NCBI GenBank assembly: GCA_019244185.1
Contig: JAFATB010000004.1
Location: 1 to 60,238 of the forward strand
DNA: 60,238 bases
Source of the DNA: Acidobacteriota bacterium
GTDB taxonomy: Bacteria; Acidobacteriota; Thermoanaerobaculia; Gp7-AA8
Direction of reading: 5' to 3'
The first letter of the stretch is position 1; every line of letters begins with the position of its first letter. The notes under the pieces were generated by a model. That model had not been told where the DNA came from, made no database searches, and saw nothing but the letters and a program-made list of their open reading frames with translations. This document shows, piece by piece, positions 8,776-19,987 of this stretch. A program made the position numbers and the translations under genes.

Positions 8776-11286
8776 ATGAACCGAATCCGATCCTTCGCGC
8801 TGACCACGGCGCTCACCCTCGCCGCCACCGCTCAGGCGCAGACGAATCCGCAGACGCCCGAACGGCCGAAGCCGGGAACGATCATCGAGTCGCCGAGCGG
8901 CGGTCGCATCACCGAGTCGCCCAACGCGCCTGCACCGACGACGCCAACATCGCCGCTGCCGGCCAACGCTCCTCTCTCCGGCCGCAACATCGAGCGCTTC
9001 GAAGCGGTCGGCAACCAGTCGGTGGCCAGCGACACGATCCGCGTCTACCTCGGCATCCAGCCAGGTGACGTCTACTCGCCCGACACGATCCAGAAGAACT
9101 TCACCAACCTGTGGCAGACCGGTCTCTTCGACGACATCCGCGTCGAGGCCGTGCCGGGCGACACAGGCGTCGTCGTCCGCGCGATCGTGAAAGAGCGCCC
9201 GCGCATCGGCGCCGTCGACTTCCGCGGCAACAAGACGCTCCAGACGCAGAAGATCAACGAGGCGTTCGAGCGCGATCACATCGACCTCCACGTCGGCAGC
9301 ACGATCGAGCAAACGCTCGTGCGCCGCGCGTCGGAGACGATCAAGAAGACTTACTCCGAGGGCGGCTTCGAAGGCGTGCAGGTCGACGCCATCACCGAGG
9401 ATCTCGCCGAGCCGGGCGAGAAGAAGATCGTCTTCGTCATCAACGAAGGCATCAAGGCCAAGGTCGCCGCGATCGACTTCGTCGGCAACGCGCACTACTC
9501 GGACCGCCACCTGCGCAGCGTGATGAAGGACGTCAAGAAGCACAACCTCATCACCTGGATCCGCAAGAAGAACCTCTACATCCCGTCGAAGCTCGATGAA
9601 GATCTCGAGCGCGTCAAGAACTTCTACCAGGACCACGGCTATCAGAACGTGACCTTCGGCGATCCGCAGATCGCCACCACCGGCTCGAAGAAGCGGCCGC
9701 GCGTGAAGATCACGATCCCGGTGAAGGAAGGCGAAGTCCACACCTTCGGCAGCGTGGACGTCGCCGGCAACACGATCTTCACGAACGACCAGATCATCGG
9801 CAACTGGCCGCTGAAGAAGGGCGAGACGCTGCGCCGCAAAGCCATTCAGGCGCGCATCGATGCCTTCGGCGACGCGTACCGCTCGCGCGGCTATATGTAC
9901 GCGTACGTCGATCCGGAGTACGAGATCAAGCCGGGCAACGTCGTCGACGTGCACATCCACGTCTTCGAAGGCGATCAGTTCCGCCTCGGCCGCCTCGAGT
10001 TCCAGGGCAACACCACCACGAAGGACAAAGTGCTCCGCCGCGAGATCTTCCTCGAGGAAGGCCAGATCATGGACCTCGAGGCGTTCAAGTCGAGCATGTA
10101 CAAGCTCGGCCAGCTCGGGTACTTCAAGATCACCGACAACCCCGACCTGCACGTGAACCCCGACTCGAAGACCGTCGACATCACCGTCAAGGGGAACGAG
10201 GAAGGGAAGAACGACGTGCAGTTCGGCGGCGGTTACTCCGAGGGCGGCGGCTTCTTCGCGCAGGCGCAGTTCTCCACGCGCAACTTCCTCGGCGAAGGCG
10301 AGAGCTTCGGCCTCAGCTACCAGCGCGGCGTGCGCACGAACCTCTTCAGCATCTCGTACGCCGATCCCTGGTTCATGGACACGCCGAACAGCCTCGGCGT
10401 CTCCGTCTACAACCGCGAGCAGACGCTGCCCGCCGCGTTCGGCTACGAGCAGATCGGCAAGGGCGGCACGATCGCGTACGGCTATCGCCTGCGCCGCTTC
10501 GACAGCGTGTCGCTCGTCTACGGCTACGACCGCTCGCGGTATCTCTACGCGACGCAGGAACTGCCCGACGCGAACGGCAACATCCCCGAGTCCGTCGTCT
10601 CGACGATCCGCTCCACGACGTCGTCGATCTTTCCGTCGTATCACTACGACTCGCGCGACAACCCATACGACACGATGCGCGGCTCGCGCCTCACGCTCGG
10701 CGTCTCGTATTCGGGCGGCCCGCTCGGCGGCACGATCGAGTTGTTCAAGCCGACGGTCAACGTCACGCGCTTCTTCCGCATTTCGCGCCGCGCGTCGTTC
10801 AGCGTGAACGCCGAGGGCGGCTTCATCAAGACGCTGCGCGACGACTGCGCGCATACGTACGATGAGCTCACCACCGCGGTGCCGGAGCTCTGCGTGCCGA
10901 CGGGCGAGCGCTTCCTCGTCGGCGGCGAGTTCTCGGTGCGCGGCTTCGAATACGGCACGCTCGGACCGTACGAGAATCACCCGACCCTCGGCCTGCGTCC
11001 GGCCGGCGGTTACAGCTACCAGGTCTACAACTTCGAATACATCACGAAGATCAACGATCCGCTGCGCTTCGTGCTGTTTGCCGATGCGGGCCGCGCGTAC
11101 GGCTACAAGGAGTCGATCGACTTCTCGAAGCTGCGCTACACCTTCGGCGCGGAGATGCGCATCTTCCTGCCGGTGTTCCAGTTCCCGCTGCGCTTCATCT
11201 ACGCGGTGAACCCGCACCAGGAACCGGAAGACGTGCAGTTCAATAAGTTCCAGTCGTTCCAGTTCACCATCGGGAATACGTTCTAA
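8776..11286 (+). CDS. bamA: Outer membrane protein assembly factor BamA
   Basis: Signal peptide, POTRA repeats (GN..TKDKVLRRE), barrel with SVRGF loop-6 motif, terminal FTIGNTF; followed by skp-lpxD. Confidence 0.95.
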   Translation: MNRIRSFALTTALTLAATAQAQTNPQTPERPKPGTIIESPSGGRITESPNAPAPTTPTSPLPANAPLSGRNIERFEAVGNQSVASDTIRVYLGIQPGDVYSPDTIQKNFTNLWQTGLFDDIRVEAVPGDTGVVVRAIVKERPRIGAVDFRGNKTLQTQKINEAFERDHIDLHVGSTIEQTLVRRASETIKKTYSEGGFEGVQVDAITEDLAEPGEKKIVFVINEGIKAKVAAIDFVGNAHYSDRHLRSVMKDVKKHNLITWIRKKNLYIPSKLDEDLERVKNFYQDHGYQNVTFGDPQIATTGSKKRPRVKITIPVKEGEVHTFGSVDVAGNTIFTNDQIIGNWPLKKGETLRRKAIQARIDAFGDAYRSRGYMYAYVDPEYEIKPGNVVDVHIHVFEGDQFRLGRLEFQGNTTTKDKVLRREIFLEEGQIMDLEAFKSSMYKLGQLGYFKITDNPDLHVNPDSKTVDITVKGNEEGKNDVQFGGGYSEGGGFFAQAQFSTRNFLGEGESFGLSYQRGVRTNLFSISYADPWFMDTPNSLGVSVYNREQTLPAAFGYEQIGKGGTIAYGYRLRRFDSVSLVYGYDRSRYLYATQELPDANGNIPESVVSTIRSTTSSIFPSYHYDSRDNPYDTMRGSRLTLGVSYSGGPLGGTIELFKPTVNVTRFFRISRRASFSVNAEGGFIKTLRDDCAHTYDELTTAVPELCVPTGERFLVGGEFSVRGFEYGTLGPYENHPTLGLRPAGGYSYQVYNFEYITKINDPLRFVLFADAGRAYGYKESIDFSKLRYTFGAEMRIFLPVFQFPLRFIYAVNPHQEPEDVQFNKFQSFQFTIGNTF

Positions 11287-11345
11287 ATCACGGCGGATTA
11301 CGTTCGAACAACGGTCCGCAAGGTCAAAGTTAAGGAGATCCTCAG

Positions 11346-11894
11346 ATGAAGAAGTTCCTCGTTACCGTCGCGGTGGCCGCGCTTGCGGCGCCGATGTTCG
11401 CGCAGTCGACGCCGCAGCGCTTCGCGGTCATCGACGTGCAGAAAGTGCTCACGCAGTCGGGTCCCGGCAAGGCCGCCTACGAGAAGCTCAAGAAGATGCA
11501 GGACGACCGCATGACGCGCGCCCAGCAGATGAACGATGAGCTGACGAAGCTCGACAGCGACATCAACGCCAAGAAGATCTCGCTCAGCGACGACAAGCTC
11601 ACCGAGATGCAGAAGCAGCTCGCCGACAAGCGCATCGCCATGCAGCGCTACGCGCAGGACGCCGACCGCGAGATCGGCGAGGCGCGCGATCGCGAGCTGC
11701 AGGCGCTCGAAGCCCGCATCAAGCCGGTCATCGACCAGATCGGCAAGGAGATGGGCATCGCCGCGATCTTCAACAAGTTCGAGTCCGGCCTGGTCTATGC
11801 CTCCGACGCGATCGACATCACCGACACGGTCGTGAAGCGCTTCAACGAAGCGAACGGCACGCCGCAGCCGGCCGCGTCCACGCCGAAGAAGTAA
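11346..11894 (+). CDS. skp: Skp/OmpH periplasmic chaperone
   Basis: Signal peptide, AVIDVQKVL, coiled coil, DITDTVVKRFN; synteny. Confidence 0.92.
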   Translation: MKKFLVTVAVAALAAPMFAQSTPQRFAVIDVQKVLTQSGPGKAAYEKLKKMQDDRMTRAQQMNDELTKLDSDINAKKISLSDDKLTEMQKQLADKRIAMQRYAQDADREIGEARDRELQALEARIKPVIDQIGKEMGIAAIFNKFESGLVYASDAIDITDTVVKRFNEANGTPQPAASTPKK

Positions 11895-11920
11895 CGGCGC
11901 GCACGCGACGCGCTCGAAAG

Positions 11921-11952
11921 AGCCTCCCCGCGCGGGAGGCTTTTTCATTTTT
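11921..11952 (+). terminator. Rho-independent terminator
   Basis: AGCCTCCC-CGCGC-GGGAGGCT followed by a T-tract. Confidence 0.8.
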
Positions 11953-11972
11953 CAACTACAATCCGCCCGCCT

Positions 11973-12950
11973 ATGCCGCCCGCCGTATCCCTCTCGGAAA
12001 TCGTCGCGTTCGTCGGCGGCGACTACCGCGGTCCCGACGTCGAAGTGACGGGCGTGGCACCGCTTGCGGACGCGGGCGAAACGCAGATCAGCTTTCTCTC
12101 GAATCCGAAGTACGCGCCGCAGCTCGCCTCGACGCGCGCGGCCGCCGTGCTCGTGAGCGCGAGCCTCGAAGGCGACTCGCCGCGCTGGATCCGCGTCGAG
12201 AATCCGTACGCGGCGATGGCCCGCACCGTCGCGCGCTTTTTCGACCGCAAGCCGATGCCGCGCGGCCTCTCGCCGCGAGCCGAGATCGCGAGCTCCGCGC
12301 GCCTCGGCAGAGGCGTCGCGGTCGGCGCGTTCACGTCGATCGGCGAGCACGTCGTCCTCGGCGACAACGTGGTGATCTTTCCGAACGTCACCATCGGCGA
12401 CGGCGTCACCATCGGCGACGGCACGATCGTCTACCCGCAGGTCTCGATCTACTACGGCTGCGCGATCGGCAAGCGCTGCATCGTGCACAGCGGCGTCGTC
12501 ATCGGCTCCGACGGCTACGGCTTCGCGCAGGAAGGCGGCCGCCATCACAAGATCCCGCAGGTCGGCATCGTGCGCATCGAGGACGACGTCGAGATCGGCG
12601 CCGGCTCCACGATCGATCGCGCGGCCCTCGGCGAGACGGTGATCGGCGAGGGCACGAAGATCGACAACCTCGTGCAGATCGCGCACAACGTGCGCATCGG
12701 CAAGCATTGTCTTTTAGTGGCGCAAGTAGGGATTGCCGGATCGACGGAACTCGGCGACCATGTCGTCGTCGCAGGCCAGTCCGGATTCAGCGGACATCTG
12801 AAGATCGGCAATCGCGTGCAGGTGGCGGCCAAGAGCGCCGTCCTCGCCGACGTCGCGGACGACATGAAAGTCATGGGCGCCCCGGCCGTGCCGTTCCGCG
12901 AGTTTGCGCGACGCGAGGCGCACTTGCGCAAGTTAGGAAAGAAGCCATGA
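11973..12950 (+). CDS. lpxD: UDP-3-O-acylglucosamine N-acyltransferase
   Basis: ISFLSNPKY, hexapeptide repeats, [20 protein letters not shown]. Confidence 0.96.
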   Translation: MPPAVSLSEIVAFVGGDYRGPDVEVTGVAPLADAGETQISFLSNPKYAPQLASTRAAAVLVSASLEGDSPRWIRVENPYAAMARTVARFFDRKPMPRGLSPRAEIASSARLGRGVAVGAFTSIGEHVVLGDNVVIFPNVTIGDGVTIGDGTIVYPQVSIYYGCAIGKRCIVHSGVVIGSDGYGFAQEGGRHHKIPQVGIVRIEDDVEIGAGSTIDRAALGETVIGEGTKIDNLVQIAHNVRIGKHCLLVAQVGIAGSTELGDHVVVAGQSGFSGHLKIGNRVQVAAKSAVLADVADDMKVMGAPAVPFREFARREAHLRKLGKKP

Positions 12951-13393
12951 GCATCATGGGCATCACGGAGATCATGAAGTTGCTGCCGCATCGCTATCCG
13001 ATGCTGCTGATCGACCGCATCCTCGAGATCGCGGACGACAAGAAGAAGATCGTCGGCCTCAAGAACGTCTCCGCGAACGAGCAGTTCTTCCAGGGTCACT
13101 TCCCCGGCGCGCCGGTGATGCCGGGCGTGCTGATCGTCGAGGCGATGGCGCAGTGCGCGGCGGTGCTGTTCCTGCGCGACATCGAAGACCGCGACGAGAA
13201 GCTGTTCCTCTTCGGCGGCGTCGACAAGGCGCGCTTCCGCAGGCCGGTCGTCCCCGGCGATCAGCTCATCCTCGAATGCGAAGTGCTGCAGCAGCGCGCG
13301 AGCACGGTGAAGGTGCGCGGCACGGCGAAGGTGAACGACGCCGTCGTCGCGGAAGCGGAACTGCTCAGCGTGATGACGAAGCGCCCGAACTGA
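12947..13393 (+). CDS. fabZ: 3-hydroxyacyl-ACP dehydratase
   Basis: [35 protein letters not shown]. Confidence 0.97.
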   Translation: MSIMGITEIMKLLPHRYPMLLIDRILEIADDKKKIVGLKNVSANEQFFQGHFPGAPVMPGVLIVEAMAQCAAVLFLRDIEDRDEKLFLFGGVDKARFRRPVVPGDQLILECEVLQQRASTVKVRGTAKVNDAVVAEAELLSVMTKRPN

Positions 13394-13394
13394 T

Positions 13395-14177
13395 ATGTCC
13401 TCGACCATCGCAGAAAGCGCAGTCATCAGCCCCGAGGCCGTGCTGGCGGAGGATGTTGTCATCGGCCCGTACGCGGTCATCGGCGCGGGCGTCACGATCG
13501 GCGCCGGTTCGGAGATCGGACCGCACGTCCGCATCGAAGGACCGACCACGATCGGCGAGCGCAATCGCTTCGTCGGCAGCGCGTCGATCGGAACGCCGCC
13601 GCAGGACTTGAAGTTCAAAGGCGAGCAGACCGAGCTGCGCATCGGCAACGACAACGTGTTCCGCGAGTTCATCACGCTCAACCGCGGCACGACCGGCGGC
13701 GGCGGCGTGACGACCATCGGCTCGAACAACTTCTTCATGGCCTACGCGCATGTCGCGCACGACTGCCACGTCGGCTCGCACACGATCTTCGCCAACAACG
13801 CCACGCTCGCGGGGCACGTCGAAGTCGGCGACTTCTCGACCGTCGGCGCGTTCTCCGCCGTCCATCAGTTCTGCCGCGTCGGCAACCACGCGTTCATCGG
13901 CGGCGGCTCGATCTGCACGCAGGACGTGCTGCCGTTCGTGAAGACGGTCGGCAACCGCCCCGCGCAGACGTACGGCATCAACACGATCGGCCTCGAGCGC
14001 AAAGGTTTTCCGAAGCCGACCATCGAGGCGCTGCAGCGCGCGTATCGCATTCTCGTGCGCTCGAAGCTGAAGCTCGCCGACGCGCTCGATCGCGTCGAGG
14101 CGGAGCTCGGCGAGGTCGAGGAAGTGCGCTACCTCGTCGCGTTCGTGCGCGCGTCGCAGCGGGGCGTGATCCGGTGA
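13395..14177 (+). CDS. lpxA: UDP-N-acetylglucosamine acyltransferase
   Basis: PQDLKFKGE, MAYAHVAHDC, VHQFCRVG; hexapeptide repeats. Confidence 0.97.
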   Translation: MSSTIAESAVISPEAVLAEDVVIGPYAVIGAGVTIGAGSEIGPHVRIEGPTTIGERNRFVGSASIGTPPQDLKFKGEQTELRIGNDNVFREFITLNRGTTGGGGVTTIGSNNFFMAYAHVAHDCHVGSHTIFANNATLAGHVEVGDFSTVGAFSAVHQFCRVGNHAFIGGGSICTQDVLPFVKTVGNRPAQTYGINTIGLERKGFPKPTIEALQRAYRILVRSKLKLADALDRVEAELGEVEEVRYLVAFVRASQRGVIR

Positions 14178-15118
14178 CGATGCGCGCCGGCGTCGTCGGC
14201 ACAGGCTACCTCGGCCGCCTGCACGCGCGCGTGCTGACCGAAATCCCGGACGTCACCGCCGTCGGCTTCGTCGAGCCGAACGACGCGATCGCGTCCGAGA
14301 TCGCGTCGACATTGAACCTGCGCCGCTTCGCGAGCGTCGCCGCACTCGCCAAGGAGATCGACTGCGCGGTCGTCGCGACTCCGACGACGACGCACTTCGA
14401 CGTCGCGCGCGAGCTGCTCGCCTCCGGCTGCGATGTGCTCGTCGAGAAGCCGATCACCGCGACCGCGGACCAGGCGCGGCAGCTCATCGCGCTCGCGTCG
14501 GAACACGGCCGCGTCGTGCAGGTCGGCCACGTCGAACGCTACAACCCCGCCATCACCGCCGTCGCGGAGCTCGTCGGCGCGTCGCGTTACGTCGTCGCCG
14601 AACGCCTCGGCGTGTTCGTGCCGCGCTCGCTCGACGTCGACGTGCTGCTCGATCTCATGATTCACGATCTCAATCTCGTGCTGTCGCTGCTGCGGCAGGA
14701 CGTCGTCGACGTGCGCGCCGTCGGCGTGCCGGTGCTCACCGATAAAGTCGACATCACGAATGTGCGCCTCGAGCTCGCGAACGGCGCGGTGGCCAATCTC
14801 ACCGCGAGCCGCGTGTCGCAGGAGCGCGTGCGCAAGCAGCGCTTCTTCGGCAGCGATTTCTACATCTCGGTCGACACGAAAGAACAGGAAGTGAAGGGCT
14901 ATCGCCTCGTCGACGACGGCGGCACGCGCGAGGTGCGGCCGCTGCAAGTGAATGTCGAAAAGAAAGAGCCGCTGCGCGCGGAGCTCGAGGCGTTTCTCGC
15001 CTGCGTGCGCGACCGCACGCGTCCGATCGTCGCCGCCGAAGACGGGCTCGCGGCCGTCGAGCTCGCGCTGCGCGTGCGCGACGCGATCGACGAGGCGGTG
15101 AGGAACTTCAAAGCATGA
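14174..15118 (+). CDS. Gfo/Idh/MocA oxidoreductase (GnnA-like)
   Basis: VVGTGYLG, VEKP, VGHVERYNP, DLMIHDL, NLTASRVS; coupled to lpxA. Confidence 0.85.
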   Translation: MTMRAGVVGTGYLGRLHARVLTEIPDVTAVGFVEPNDAIASEIASTLNLRRFASVAALAKEIDCAVVATPTTTHFDVARELLASGCDVLVEKPITATADQARQLIALASEHGRVVQVGHVERYNPAITAVAELVGASRYVVAERLGVFVPRSLDVDVLLDLMIHDLNLVLSLLRQDVVDVRAVGVPVLTDKVDITNVRLELANGAVANLTASRVSQERVRKQRFFGSDFYISVDTKEQEVKGYRLVDDGGTREVRPLQVNVEKKEPLRAELEAFLACVRDRTRPIVAAEDGLAAVELALRVRDAIDEAVRNFKA

Positions 15119-15981
15119 CGGACATTGCAGTCGGCATCATCGGCGGCTCCGGCCTCTACGCGATGGAAGGTCTCACCGTGCGCGAGGAGCGCGCGATCGA
15201 GACGCCGTTCGGCGCGCCGTCCGATCCGTACGTCATCGGCGACATCGACGGCGTAGGCGTCGCGTTCCTCGCGCGCCACGGCCGCGGTCATCGCTACTCG
15301 CCGACGGAGCTGAACTACCGCGCGAACATCTTCGGCTTCAAGTCGCTCGGCGTGCACACGATCCTCTCCGCGAGCGCGGTCGGCTCGCTGAAGGAAGAGT
15401 ACAAGCCGACGGACATCGTCTTTCCGCACCAGTTCATCGACCGCACGCGCCACCGCGCGGATACGTTCTTCGGCGACGGCGTCGTCGTGCACGTGCCCTT
15501 CGCCGATCCGGTCTGCGCCGCGGCCTCGTTCCTCATGAACGATGCGGCGCGCGACGCCGGCGCCACGGCGCACGTCGGCGGCGTCTACGTCTGCATGGAA
15601 GGCCCGCAGTTTTCGACGCGCGCGGAATCGAATCTCTATCGCAGCTGGAACGCCGACGTGATCGGCATGACCAATCTTACCGAGGCGAAGCTCGCGCGCG
15701 AGGCGGAACTCTGCTACGCGACGATGGCTCTCGTCACCGACTACGACTGCTGGCATCCCGATCACGACGACGTCAGCGTCGAACAGATCCTCGGCTATCT
15801 GCGCGCGAACGCGGCCATGGCGCAGACGATCCTCCGCAACTCGATCGTCGCCGCCGCGCGCCGCGAACGCGATTGCAGCTGCGTCAACGCGCTGCAGTAC
15901 GCGATCATCACCGACCGCGCGGCGATCCCCGCCGGAACGAAACAGAAGCTCGAGCCGATTCTCGGCCGCTACCTCAAGTAA
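15115..15981 (+). CDS. mtnP: S-methyl-5'-thioadenosine phosphorylase
   Basis: GIIGGSG, ARHGRGH, EGPQFSTRAES, GMTN, VTDYDCW. Confidence 0.93.
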   Translation: MTDIAVGIIGGSGLYAMEGLTVREERAIETPFGAPSDPYVIGDIDGVGVAFLARHGRGHRYSPTELNYRANIFGFKSLGVHTILSASAVGSLKEEYKPTDIVFPHQFIDRTRHRADTFFGDGVVVHVPFADPVCAAASFLMNDAARDAGATAHVGGVYVCMEGPQFSTRAESNLYRSWNADVIGMTNLTEAKLAREAELCYATMALVTDYDCWHPDHDDVSVEQILGYLRANAAMAQTILRNSIVAAARRERDCSCVNALQYAIITDRAAIPAGTKQKLEPILGRYLK

Positions 15982-15996
15982 GGACAACGAACCCGC

Positions 15997-16917
15997 ATGT
16001 CGATTCTCGTCGTTGGAAGTGTCGCCTTCGATGCGCTGCAAACGCCTTTCGGAAAGATCGATCGCTGCCTCGGCGGCTCCGCGACGTACTTTTCCGTCGC
16101 CGCGTCGTACTTCACGGAGGTCGAGCTCGTCGCCGTCGTCGGCGAGGACTTCACGGACGAGGACGCGCGTATCTTCGAAGGCCGCAAGATCAATCTCGAC
16201 AGCCTGCAGCGCGTCGCCGGCGCAAAGACGTTCTTTTGGAGCGGCGAGTACGGCTACGACCTGAACGTGGCGAAGACGCGCGACACGCAACTCAATGTCT
16301 TCGCGGATTTCAAGCCGCAACTGAACGATCGCCAGCGCCACCCCGACGTGCTCTTCCTCGCGAACATCGATCCCGATCTGCAGTACGAGGTGCTCCAACA
16401 GACCGAGCGCCCGCGCCTCGTCGCGCTCGACACGATGAATTACTGGATCTCGTCGAAGCGCGATTCGCTCGAACGCATCTTCGGCGCGGTCGACCTGATC
16501 ATCATCAACGAGGCCGAGGTGCGGCAGTTCACGAAGGAAGCAAACCTCGTGAAGGCGTGCCGCCAGATCCTCGACCTCGGCGCGCAAACGCTCGTCGTCA
16601 AACGCGGCGAGTACGGTGTCCTAATGATCACGAAGGACGCGATCTTCGCCGCGCCCGCGTATCCGCTGGAAAACGTCTTCGATCCCACCGGCGCCGGCGA
16701 TACGTTCGCCGGCGGCGTGCTCGGCTACCTCGCCTCCCGCGCCGAGGTGCACGACCGCGAACTGCGCCGCGCGATCATCTTCGGAAGCGTGCTGGCGTCG
16801 TTCACCGTCGAGAAGTTTTCCCTCGACCGGCTGCGCGAGATTTCTCTGCGCGATATCCACGAGCGCTACCAGGATTTCCGCGCGTTGACGCACTTCGATG
16901 ACTTCGGCGCGGATTGA
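15997..16917 (+). CDS. PfkB-family sugar/nucleoside kinase
   Basis: VGSVAFD, LGGSATYF, DPTGAGDTFAGG. Confidence 0.92.
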   Translation: MSILVVGSVAFDALQTPFGKIDRCLGGSATYFSVAASYFTEVELVAVVGEDFTDEDARIFEGRKINLDSLQRVAGAKTFFWSGEYGYDLNVAKTRDTQLNVFADFKPQLNDRQRHPDVLFLANIDPDLQYEVLQQTERPRLVALDTMNYWISSKRDSLERIFGAVDLIIINEAEVRQFTKEANLVKACRQILDLGAQTLVVKRGEYGVLMITKDAIFAAPAYPLENVFDPTGAGDTFAGGVLGYLASRAEVHDRELRRAIIFGSVLASFTVEKFSLDRLREISLRDIHERYQDFRALTHFDDFGAD

Positions 16918-16932
16918 CGAGGGAACCGACGA

Positions 16933-17085
16933 GGAGCGCCTCCGGCGGGCCGGCGCGGCCGGCGGCGCTAAGGGCTTAGCCAGTACGCACGTGCGGCTGC
17001 CGTCAATCGCGCTCAGAGCAGTCGCACGTGCGTCTAGGCTAGGCCCTTAGCGCTGCCGGCCGCGCCGGCCCGCCGGAGGCGCTCC
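16933..17085. repeat. Long intergenic palindrome, copy 1 of a repeat family (REPIN/MITE-like)
   Basis: 68-nt arms at 16933-17000 and 17018-17085 with a 17-nt loop; arms homologous to 43954-44140. Confidence 0.85.
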
Positions 17086-17101
17086 CGGTCGTCTTCCCCG
17101 G

Positions 17102-18784
17102 TCAACGCGACCAGTACACGGTTTCGCCGCCCACGATCGTCGCGCGAACTTTCGTTTTGAATAGTTCCGAGGGCGGCATCGCGAAGAAGTCGCCTTCGAC
17201 GATCGTGAAGTCGGCGAGCTTGCCGGGCTCGATCGTGCCGCGCGACGACTCTTCGAATGCCGCGTACGCGGTGTCGCTCGTGAACCCGCGCAAGGCTTCG
17301 GCGAGGGTGAGACGTTGGTCGGGATACCAGCCTCCGGCGGGTTGGCCGTTGTGATCCTGTCGCGTCACGGCGGAGTAGATGCCGTAGAAGGGATTCACGT
17401 CTTCGACGGGGAAGTCGGAGCCGAGGGCGATGCGGCCGCCGGCATTGAGGAGCGTGCGCCAGGCGTAGGCGCCGCGGATGCGCTCGGGTCCGAGGCGACG
17501 TTCGGCCCACGGCATGTCGGAGGTCGCGTGCGTCGGCTGCATGGAGCCGATGATCCCGTGCTGCACGACGCGCGGGAAGTCGTCGGGTGCGACGACCTGC
17601 AGGTGCTCGATGCGGAAGCGGTCGGCCGGGGTGACGCCGGCGGCGAGGTACGAGTCGACGACGTTGCGCACGCCGCGGTCGCCGATCGCGTGCGTGTTCA
17701 CCTGAAAGCCTTTCGCGCGCGCGCGTTTCGCGACGTCGGTCATGTGCGCCGGCTTCGCGAGCATGAGGCCCGTGTTGCCGGGGTCGTCGCTGTACGGCGC
17801 GAGGAGCGCGGCGCCGCGGCTGCCGAGGGCGCCGTCGGCGTACATCTTGATCGCGCGGACGGTGAGGTGTCCGCGATAGTCAACTAACGGACCACTGGCG
17901 AACCACGTGTCGAGCAGCGCGTCGTTGTCGGAGAGCATCGTGTAGACGCGGATGGGGAAGCGCTTCTCGTCGACGAGCGCGCGCACGGCAGCGATCGTTT
18001 CCGCGTCGGCGCCGGCGTCGTGGATTTCGGTGAGGCCGTTCGCGGCGATGTTCCGCGCGGCGGCGAGCACGCGCGCCTTGCGCTGTTCGGCAGTGGGCGC
18101 GGGGACGATGCTGTCGATGAGGTCCATCGCGTCGTCGACGAAGACGCCGGTCGGATTGCCGCTCGCGTCGCGCACGATGCGCCCGCCTTCGGGGTCCTTC
18201 GTCGCGGACGTGACGCCGGCGATGCGCATGGCGGCGCTGTTCGCGAGTCCGGCGTGGCCGTCGACGCGCCGCAGCCAGACGGGATGATCGGCGATTGCGG
18301 CGTCGAGCTGCGCCGCGGTGGGGAACTCCTTCACCGGCCAGTCGTTCTGGTCCCAGCCGCGGCCGAGGATCCAGGCGTTCGCGGGTGTTTGCGCGGCGCG
18401 CTCGCGCACGCGGGTGAGCACGTCGTCGTAGGACGTTGTGTCGACGAGATTCACCGTGTCGAGGGAAAGGCCGAGGCCGTAGAGATGGCCGTGCGCGTCG
18501 GTGAGGCCGGGGAGGATCGTGGCGTTGGAGGTGTCGACGATGCGCGCGCCGACGTGGGCCGCGCGCAGCTGCGAGGCCGGACCGACTTCGCGCACGACGC
18601 CGTTTTCGACGTAGATCGCGTAGTCGTGTTGCGGCGTTTGCGCGGCGCCGGCCGCGACCGTGCCGCCGAGGAAAAGCGTGCCGTTGGAAGTCACAGGAAC
18701 GGATTCTGCTGTCGGCTTCGCCGGCGTGCACGCGTACGTGCAGGCGAGCAGAGCGATGAAGGATAGCGCAAGAAAGTGACGCAT
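17102..18784 (-). CDS. Amidohydrolase-3 (YtcJ-like), probable lipoprotein
   Basis: LLAC lipobox; [36 protein letters not shown]. Confidence 0.92.
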   Translation of the reverse strand: MRHFLALSFIALLACTYACTPAKPTAESVPVTSNGTLFLGGTVAAGAAQTPQHDYAIYVENGVVREVGPASQLRAAHVGARIVDTSNATILPGLTDAHGHLYGLGLSLDTVNLVDTTSYDDVLTRVRERAAQTPANAWILGRGWDQNDWPVKEFPTAAQLDAAIADHPVWLRRVDGHAGLANSAAMRIAGVTSATKDPEGGRIVRDASGNPTGVFVDDAMDLIDSIVPAPTAEQRKARVLAAARNIAANGLTEIHDAGADAETIAAVRALVDEKRFPIRVYTMLSDNDALLDTWFASGPLVDYRGHLTVRAIKMYADGALGSRGAALLAPYSDDPGNTGLMLAKPAHMTDVAKRARAKGFQVNTHAIGDRGVRNVVDSYLAAGVTPADRFRIEHLQVVAPDDFPRVVQHGIIGSMQPTHATSDMPWAERRLGPERIRGAYAWRTLLNAGGRIALGSDFPVEDVNPFYGIYSAVTRQDHNGQPAGGWYPDQRLTLAEALRGFTSDTAYAAFEESSRGTIEPGKLADFTIVEGDFFAMPPSELFKTKVRATIVGGETVYWSR

Positions 18785-18828
18785 CGCGGAATGCTACACG
18801 GCGGGATGCTCGTTGCGGGATTGCCTCG

Positions 18829-19491
18829 ATGAAAATCCGGAACGTGATCGCCGTCACGATGCTGCTCGCATCGGCCGCAAGGGCCGACGAGCGCCGTTTC
18901 ACGGCCGCGGACGTTCCGACCGCGAAGCTCAAGAAGCCGGGCCGAGTCGTGATCACGAACGACAGCCGCTCGATCACGGCGTGGCGGTTCTTCGGCGACA
19001 TCCGCGAGGCGCTGGTGAGTCTGCGCAGCACGCGCGTCGCGTTTCATCCGTTCGGCTCCGTGCTCTTCGAGACCAACGCGCACGTGAGCGCGCCGCTCCC
19101 GCCGCAGCTCGCCGCGCTGATTCAGGATGCGGCGAAAGAGCACGGCGTCGATCCGCGTCTCGTCGCCGCGATCGCGCGCCGCGAGTCGGCCGGCGATGCG
19201 AGCGCGGTATCCGGGAAAGGCGCGTGCGGCATCATGCAGCTCATGCCCGCGACCGCGCGCTACCTCGGCGTCACCGACGTCTTCGACGCGCGGCAGAACG
19301 TCTTCGGCGGCGCGCGCTATCTGCGCACGCTGCTCGACACCTTCAACGGCGATCTCGACCTCGCGCTCGCGGCGTACAACGCCGGTCCCGGCGCGGTGGC
19401 GAAGTACGGCGGCGTGCCGCCGTATCGCGAGACGCAGGCATACGTGGCCGCGGTGAAGGCGAACTACCAGCAGCAGCTCGCGTCGCGCTGA
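18829..19491 (+). CDS. Lytic transglycosylase (SLT domain)
   Basis: RES (catalytic Glu), GIMQLMP, AAYNAG, PPYRETQAYV; signal peptide. Confidence 0.92.
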   Translation: MKIRNVIAVTMLLASAARADERRFTAADVPTAKLKKPGRVVITNDSRSITAWRFFGDIREALVSLRSTRVAFHPFGSVLFETNAHVSAPLPPQLAALIQDAAKEHGVDPRLVAAIARRESAGDASAVSGKGACGIMQLMPATARYLGVTDVFDARQNVFGGARYLRTLLDTFNGDLDLALAAYNAGPGAVAKYGGVPPYRETQAYVAAVKANYQQQLASR

Positions 19492-19492
19492 A

Positions 19493-19987
19493 TTACTGCG
19501 AGTACCACTCCGCGATCGCGGCGACCACGCCGTCCTTCAGATACACGCTCGTGTGGCGCGCGCATCCCTCGCTGACGCGGCAGATGTAGAAGTACTCCAT
19601 GTCGCCGGCGCCGAGGCGGCGGAGATCCTTGTCCGTCCCGGTGGTGGCGTTCGGCTGGCCGAGGTGCTCGATCACCTGCTGCGCGTTCTGCCCGAGCTCG
19701 ACGCCCGCGCGCGAGCGCACGTCCATGTCGGGCACTTCGATCGGACGGCGGCACGGCGCGTTGCTCATCACCATCACGCGCCACGGCTTCTGGTCCTTCT
19801 TGTCGATGTCGATCAGCAGAAAGCGATCGGCCGCGAGTTGATAGCAGCCCTCGCCCTTGAGACCCGTGAACGAGCCCTGCAGCGTCGCCGCCGGCGTCTC
19901 GACCAGTTGATCGATGTACGTCGGATCGGCCGCGCGGCCGGATGCCGCCACGAACAGCAACGACAGCACAGCGAATACGGTCTTCAT
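19493..19987 (-). CDS. Secreted hypothetical protein with a SmpA/BamE-like C-terminal part
   Basis: ATGA overlap with nadK stop; signal peptide MKTVFAVLSLLFVAASGRA; LGQ..QQV.EHLGQP pattern; 4 Cys. Confidence 0.65.
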   Translation of the reverse strand: MKTVFAVLSLLFVAASGRAADPTYIDQLVETPAATLQGSFTGLKGEGCYQLAADRFLLIDIDKKDQKPWRVMVMSNAPCRRPIEVPDMDVRSRAGVELGQNAQQVIEHLGQPNATTGTDKDLRRLGAGDMEYFYICRVSEGCARHTSVYLKDGVVAAIAEWYSQ

